Of a stretch of 64,000 bases of DNA, positions 59,277-64,000 are shown in pieces. Numbering within the stretch: the stretch's first letter is position 1; every line of letters starts with the position of its first letter. The stretch spans positions 832,001 to 896,000 of the forward strand of contig CBDATS010000004.1 in the NCBI GenBank assembly GCA_965200245.1. The letters are read 5' to 3'. The notes beneath the pieces are model-generated. The model was not told the origin of the DNA. It ran no database searches and saw only the letters and a list, made by a program, of their open reading frames with translations. The DNA comes from a bacterium. Lineage in GTDB: Bacteria > UBA8248. The position numbers and the translations under genes are program-made.

Positions 59277-60443
59277 CTAGCCTTCGCTGCCCAGAGTCGC
59301 GAGAGACTCATCCCCCGCAGCCGGACGCCTCGAGCGGCGGATCCATTTCTCAAGCTTACGGGGAATGTCGCGCGCCATGCCGACGACCCCGTCCGGGAAA
59401 AACTGCACCATGAGGATGAATATGCCACCCAGGAAATAAAGCCAGTAATCCGGATAACTCGACGTGAGATAACTCCGCGCCCAGTTTACCCCCATGGCAC
59501 CGATGACGGCGCCGATGAGCGACCCCCGCCCGCCGACCGCTACCCAGATGACCATCTCGATGGAGGGCAGTACGCCGATCCGCCCAGGCGTGATGATGCC
59601 CACCTGGGGCACGTACAGCGCGCCCGCGAGACCCGCCAGCATGGCGGAGACAGTGAAGACGAACACCTTGTAGTTCGTAGGCGTGTAGCCGGAATAAAGC
59701 ACGCGGTTCTCCGCGTCACGGATCGCGAGAAGGATCTTGCCTGCGCGCGATTTCACTATCCTGCGGCACAGCAGATACGCACCGCAAAGCGCAAGAGCGG
59801 TAACGACGTAAAGCCCCCGCTGTGTGGACGCTTCCGTGAGCGTGAAGCCGAGCATCTTCTTGAAGTTGGTGAGACCGTTCGTTCCGCCCAGGTTCACCTC
59901 ATTTCGATTGAAGACCAGCCAGGCGGAGAGCGCTAGCGTCTGCGTAATGATGGCGAAGTACACGCCACGCACCCTCGTTCTGAAAGCGAGGAAACCGAAC
60001 ATGGCCGCCAATGCGCCGGGCACCAGCACCACCGCAAGCGTGGTGAAGGAAAACGAATGGAAAGGTTTCCAGAACAAGGGCAGTTCCTTCACCCGGTTCC
60101 AGACCATGAAGTCGGGTAACTTGCTCTGGTAGACGCCCTCGCCAACGATCTCGAGCGTCAGGTACATACCCATGCAATACGCACCCAGACCGAAGAACAC
60201 GCCATGGCCCATACTCAGGATGCCTGTGTAGCCCCATATCAAGTCGAGACCCAGCACCAGGATGGCGTAGGCCAGGAACTTGCCGAACAGGTTGAGCGTG
60301 AAATCCGAGATGTGAAAAAACGTGCCCGGTGTCCCGAAGGCGTTGAGCGAGGGCATTGCGACGAGGAACCAGAACGCCGCGACGACGAGAGCGACGCCGC
60401 CGACTTTCTTCTCCATCCTGTCCACCAAAGTTTCACCCTGCAT
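59277..60443 (-). CDS. urtC: Urea ABC transporter permease UrtC
   Basis: DLIWGYTGILSMGHG, LPDFMVW, GVYFAIITQ, GGTNGLT, AIRDAENR, WVAVGGRG. Confidence 0.93.
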   Translation of the reverse strand: MQGETLVDRMEKKVGGVALVVAAFWFLVAMPSLNAFGTPGTFFHISDFTLNLFGKFLAYAILVLGLDLIWGYTGILSMGHGVFFGLGAYCMGMYLTLEIVGEGVYQSKLPDFMVWNRVKELPLFWKPFHSFSFTTLAVVLVPGALAAMFGFLAFRTRVRGVYFAIITQTLALSAWLVFNRNEVNLGGTNGLTNFKKMLGFTLTEASTQRGLYVVTALALCGAYLLCRRIVKSRAGKILLAIRDAENRVLYSGYTPTNYKVFVFTVSAMLAGLAGALYVPQVGIITPGRIGVLPSIEMVIWVAVGGRGSLIGAVIGAMGVNWARSYLTSSYPDYWLYFLGGIFILMVQFFPDGVVGMARDIPRKLEKWIRRSRRPAAGDESLATLGSEG

Positions 60444-60449
60444 CGCGTA

Positions 60450-62180
60450 TCAAGCCCCTCTCGTGCGGATGGCAAACAGCCCCTCCGGCCTTCTCTGCAG
60501 GAAGAGGATCACCAGAACCAGAATCACCACCTTGCCGAACACCGCGCCCATTGCAGGCTCGAGCATCTTGTTCATTCCCCCGATGCCGAAGCCCGCCACA
60601 ATGGTCCCCAGAATCTTGCCCACGCCACCCGTCACCACCACCATGAAAGAATCCACGATGTAGTTCTGCCCCAGGTCGGGACCCACGTTCCCGACCTGGC
60701 TCAGGGCCGCGCCCGCCATGCCAGCCAGCCCCGCGCCGAATGCGAACGTGCCCGCATCCACCCGGCGGGAGGGAACACCCAGGCAGGTACTCATGCCCCG
60801 GTTCTGGGTGACGGCGCGAATTCGCAGGCCCGCCCTCGTGCGGAAGAGGAACAGATACGTACCGGCCACGCAGAAAGCGGCCAGCGCGATGATGAACATG
60901 CGATTGCAAGGGAACTGAATGCCCACCATCAGGTGATAGCCCCCGCTCAACCACTCGGGGGACTTCACGTCCACGTTCTGCGCGCCGAACACCTGGCGAA
61001 CAGCTTGTTGAAGCAACAGGCTGACCCCCCAGGTGGTCAGCAGCGTCTCCAACGGCCTGCCGTAGAGATGGCGGATGATGGAAATCTCCATGAGATATCC
61101 CATCAGCGCCGAGGCCAGAAAGGCAACGGGAAGCGCAAGTATGAAATAATAGCCGAAGTAATTTTGCGGCAGATAGGAGATGAACACGTCCTGGATGATG
61201 AAGGTGGCGTAAGCTCCCAGCATCATCAATTCCCCGTGCGCCATGTTGATGACGCCCATAAGGCCAAAAACGATGGCCAGTCCCAGCGCCATAAGCAACA
61301 GGATGGACCCCAGGCTCAAGCCCCGGAACAAGGTGCTGACGATTGAGGTCCAACTCAGGTAGCTCTCGATATCCTTTGTGGCCTCGCTCGCCGCGGCGCG
61401 TACGGCGGGTGATGCGTCCTTGTTCGCCAGGCGCTTTAGCTCCGTGAACGCGTTCAGCCCGTGAATTTCGCCGAGCACGGCAGCGGCCGAGCACCGCTGC
61501 TGCGGATCCGGCGACTTGAGCCGGATCAACGCCTTCGCCTCTACGAGCGCATGGCGACCCAGCCAGTGGTCTTCTTTCTCAAGCACCTTGTCGAGTAGCG
61601 GAATCAGGTTCCTGTCCCCTACCCTCGCCATGCGCGTCGCAGCGGCGCGACGGACGTTCGGGTCGTCGGAATAGAGTTGCATCGAGCTTTGGAGCTGGTT
61701 CAGGTAGGGTCTGATGGCCCGGCGGATTCTTCTGCTGGCACGGATTTCGTTCAGCTCGCTATCCGCTGCGAAAAGAGGTTTACCGTCCTGAGTGCTGATC
61801 CGTTTCTTTCCGTGGATCGAGAAAAGAGGAACGAATTCGATGTCGGCTCGCGTCACGGCGTCACCACCGATAACGAACCGGGCCTCTCCCGATTCGGACT
61901 TCCAGCGATAAAGGCTGCCCTCGCGAAGCGCCAACAGAAGGGGTAGCAGCTTTGGCTCGAGGCGCTTCGCAAGGGTGAGGGCAGCGCGTCGTTTTTTCTT
62001 TCTGTTTTTTGATCCTAACTGCGCGATTTCCGCCTGGATTTCCGGTGAAAACGATCCGGTCTGCGCCTCTCCCCTTGCGGCCATGCCAAAGCCAAGCGCG
62101 AAAACCAAGATCAGGACGCGGGATATGAATCCTCGCGAGAACCTTCCACGCGGAATCGCCTTCATGCCGGCTTGCTGCAT
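60450..62180 (-). CDS. urtB: Urea ABC transporter permease UrtB with periplasmic HEAT-like N-terminal domain
   Basis: GLSLGSILLLMALGLAIVFGLMGVINMAHGE, RPLETLLTTWG, QNYIVDSFMVVV; helical repeats (DPNVRRAAA, SPAVRAAA). Confidence 0.93.
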   Translation of the reverse strand: MQQAGMKAIPRGRFSRGFISRVLILVFALGFGMAARGEAQTGSFSPEIQAEIAQLGSKNRKKKRRAALTLAKRLEPKLLPLLLALREGSLYRWKSESGEARFVIGGDAVTRADIEFVPLFSIHGKKRISTQDGKPLFAADSELNEIRASRRIRRAIRPYLNQLQSSMQLYSDDPNVRRAAATRMARVGDRNLIPLLDKVLEKEDHWLGRHALVEAKALIRLKSPDPQQRCSAAAVLGEIHGLNAFTELKRLANKDASPAVRAAASEATKDIESYLSWTSIVSTLFRGLSLGSILLLMALGLAIVFGLMGVINMAHGELMMLGAYATFIIQDVFISYLPQNYFGYYFILALPVAFLASALMGYLMEISIIRHLYGRPLETLLTTWGVSLLLQQAVRQVFGAQNVDVKSPEWLSGGYHLMVGIQFPCNRMFIIALAAFCVAGTYLFLFRTRAGLRIRAVTQNRGMSTCLGVPSRRVDAGTFAFGAGLAGMAGAALSQVGNVGPDLGQNYIVDSFMVVVTGGVGKILGTIVAGFGIGGMNKMLEPAMGAVFGKVVILVLVILFLQRRPEGLFAIRTRGA

Positions 62181-62287
62181 ACCCCCTCCTTCGCCGTATC
62201 TGGTATATCGCCGGTATTTGCGATTCGCTGTTTTTTGGGCCGCCCGTAGGGGAAGCCATGGTTTGCTCCCCCCGGCGGTTCTTGCGA

Positions 62288-63613
62288 CTAGGCCGTTTTC
62301 TTCTTATATGTCCCCTGGTGATTTACCCAGTCACAGCTCTTGTCAGGACTCGTGTATTTGCTCCAGGGTTCGGGCACCACGAGACCCTTCGTTTGCGAGA
62401 CGATGCGGAATTGCCCGTTCTTGAGGATTTCCCCGATGAGCACGGGCTTGTGTAGATGGTGGTTTTTCTCGTCGATCTTCTTGAATCCACCCGGAGCCTC
62501 GAAGCCCATGCCATAAGCCGCCTTGCGCACGTCGTCCACCTTCGTGGTGCCCGCTTTCTCGACCGCCTGCTTCCAGATGTAGACGCCGAGATATGCCGCC
62601 TCGATGGGGTCGTCCGTCACGCGGCTGGTGCCGCCGGGCAGGCCCATCTTCTTGCAGTAGGTCTTGAAGTTCTTCACGAATCTCTTGTTCTGCGGCGTGT
62701 CGATCGACTGATAGTAGTTCCAGGCCGCCAGGTGTCCGACGAGCGATTTCGAGTCCATGCCGCGCAGTTCGTCTTCCGCCACGCTGAACGCCATGATGGG
62801 CACATCTTCAGAACGCAGGCCCTGGTTCGCGAACTCCTTGTAGAAGGGCACGTTGCTGTCGCCGTTGATGGTGCTGAGTACGGCGGCGTCACCGCTCGAA
62901 GCGAAGGATTTCACCTTGCCCACGATGGTCTGGTAATCCTGGTGGTGGAAGGGCGTGTATTCTTCCATGATGTTCGAAGCCGGCACGCCCTTCGCCAAGA
63001 GGAAGGCCCGGAGAATCTTGTTCGCCGTGCGCGGGAACACGTAGTCTGTGCCGAGCAGGTAGAACTTCTTGAACTCGCCGCCGTCCTCGCTCATCATGTA
63101 TTCCGCAGCCGGAATCAACTGCTGGTTCGGCGTTGCGCCCGTGTAGAAGACGTTCTTCGAGCATTCTTCTCCCTCGTACTGCACCGGGTAGAAGAGGAGG
63201 CCGTTATTCTTCTCATAAATGGGAAGGACCGACTTTCTGCTCACCGACGTCCAGCAGCCGAAGGTAACGTCCACCTTGTCCTGCAGGAGAAGCTGCTTCG
63301 CCTTCTCGGCGAACAAATCCCAATCAGACGCCGGGTCGACGACTACGGGCTTGATGGGGCGCTTCATCACGCCGCCCGCCGCGTTGATTTCCTCCACGGC
63401 CATCAGTACCACGTCGCGTAGCGAAACCTCGCTGATCGCCATGGTTCCGCTCAGGGAGTGCAGAACCCCGATCTTGATGGGCTCTGCCGCCCGGATCACG
63501 TTCGGAAACGGAAGCGTACTCATCGCCACAGCACCCAATCCGATCGCACCTGCTTTCTTCAGAAACCTTCTGCGGGATAACTTCTCCGCGCCAATGAATT
63601 TCTTCTGCTTCAT
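62288..63613 (-). CDS. urtA: Urea ABC transporter substrate-binding protein UrtA (Tat-type leader)
   Basis: IGVLHSLSGTMAISE, FGCWTSVSRKSVLP, FYPVQYEG, GTDYVFPRT, NGDSN; leader SRRRFLK. Confidence 0.95.
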   Translation of the reverse strand: MKQKKFIGAEKLSRRRFLKKAGAIGLGAVAMSTLPFPNVIRAAEPIKIGVLHSLSGTMAISEVSLRDVVLMAVEEINAAGGVMKRPIKPVVVDPASDWDLFAEKAKQLLLQDKVDVTFGCWTSVSRKSVLPIYEKNNGLLFYPVQYEGEECSKNVFYTGATPNQQLIPAAEYMMSEDGGEFKKFYLLGTDYVFPRTANKILRAFLLAKGVPASNIMEEYTPFHHQDYQTIVGKVKSFASSGDAAVLSTINGDSNVPFYKEFANQGLRSEDVPIMAFSVAEDELRGMDSKSLVGHLAAWNYYQSIDTPQNKRFVKNFKTYCKKMGLPGGTSRVTDDPIEAAYLGVYIWKQAVEKAGTTKVDDVRKAAYGMGFEAPGGFKKIDEKNHHLHKPVLIGEILKNGQFRIVSQTKGLVVPEPWSKYTSPDKSCDWVNHQGTYKKKTA

Positions 63614-64000
63614 CTTTTCTGTCCCCTTTTGAATTCATTCATATAGTGGCCATCGCGCGGCCTGAACAATGAATCGAACGTGAAAATCTTCGATGACAGA
63701 ATGAAAATATAGAGAGGTTTTTTTACGGAAATCTTGCGATTGGGTTAAATGGTCGTTTCGGTTTTATTTCATTCATGTTTCGGGATTGCCCATTCGACGA
63801 CCAAAATCCCCCGCCAGCCGGGCGACCGCTCATTCCGGAGTTGATGAGGGTGGATACAGTCCGGCATTCCATCCCGTCTTTGATCGAACGAGAATGAAGG
63901 CGAAAACCCGGATTTCGCATTCACTCCCGCCTTGGCCGGAAATGATACCGGGTTGACGGTGGTGAATTTCAGTCGATGAGGAAGATAGTGGTAAGGGGAC

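Noticed and set aside
63614-64000. Sigma54/NtrC/GlnR site upstream of urtA
   Set aside because: No convincing -24/-12 (TGGCAC-N5-TTGC) or known nitrogen-regulator palindrome found by eye.

Overview
GC-rich bacterial window, mostly accessory catabolic genes plus housekeeping and repair genes. Left to right it holds: a circularly permuted ATP-grasp/alpha-E pair; a decaying ABC transporter-aldolase-acyl-CoA dehydrogenase-TPP enzyme cluster; a haloalkane dehalogenase, a quinone reductase and tandem SDRs; a small mobile/toxin-antitoxin island; thrB, pncA and a signal-peptide DUF151-PDZ protein; a cupin-PrpD-acyl-CoA ligase cluster; rlmD-lexA-dinB and uvrA; a tripartite tricarboxylate transporter with a MetE-like protein; Hsp20 behind a perfect 17-bp inverted repeat; two broken TbpB-like surface lipoproteins; and an intact urtABCDE-ureABCEFGD urea uptake/urease operon. 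The island at ~15.3-19.1 kb contains a non-autonomous IS1595-type cassette (30-bp TIRs, 8-bp TSD) carrying a Panacea/DUF4065 antitoxin and an amber-disrupted toxin, followed by an integrase remnant and an XRE-HTH-ImmA/IrrE peptidase + PIN pair. About a dozen genes are broken by nonsense codons, frameshifts, deletions or insertions, while the urea genes are intact, which suggests early genome erosion, possibly in a host-associated bacterium (inference). No rRNA, tRNA or CRISPR array was seen. All product calls come from motif recognition by eye, not database searches.
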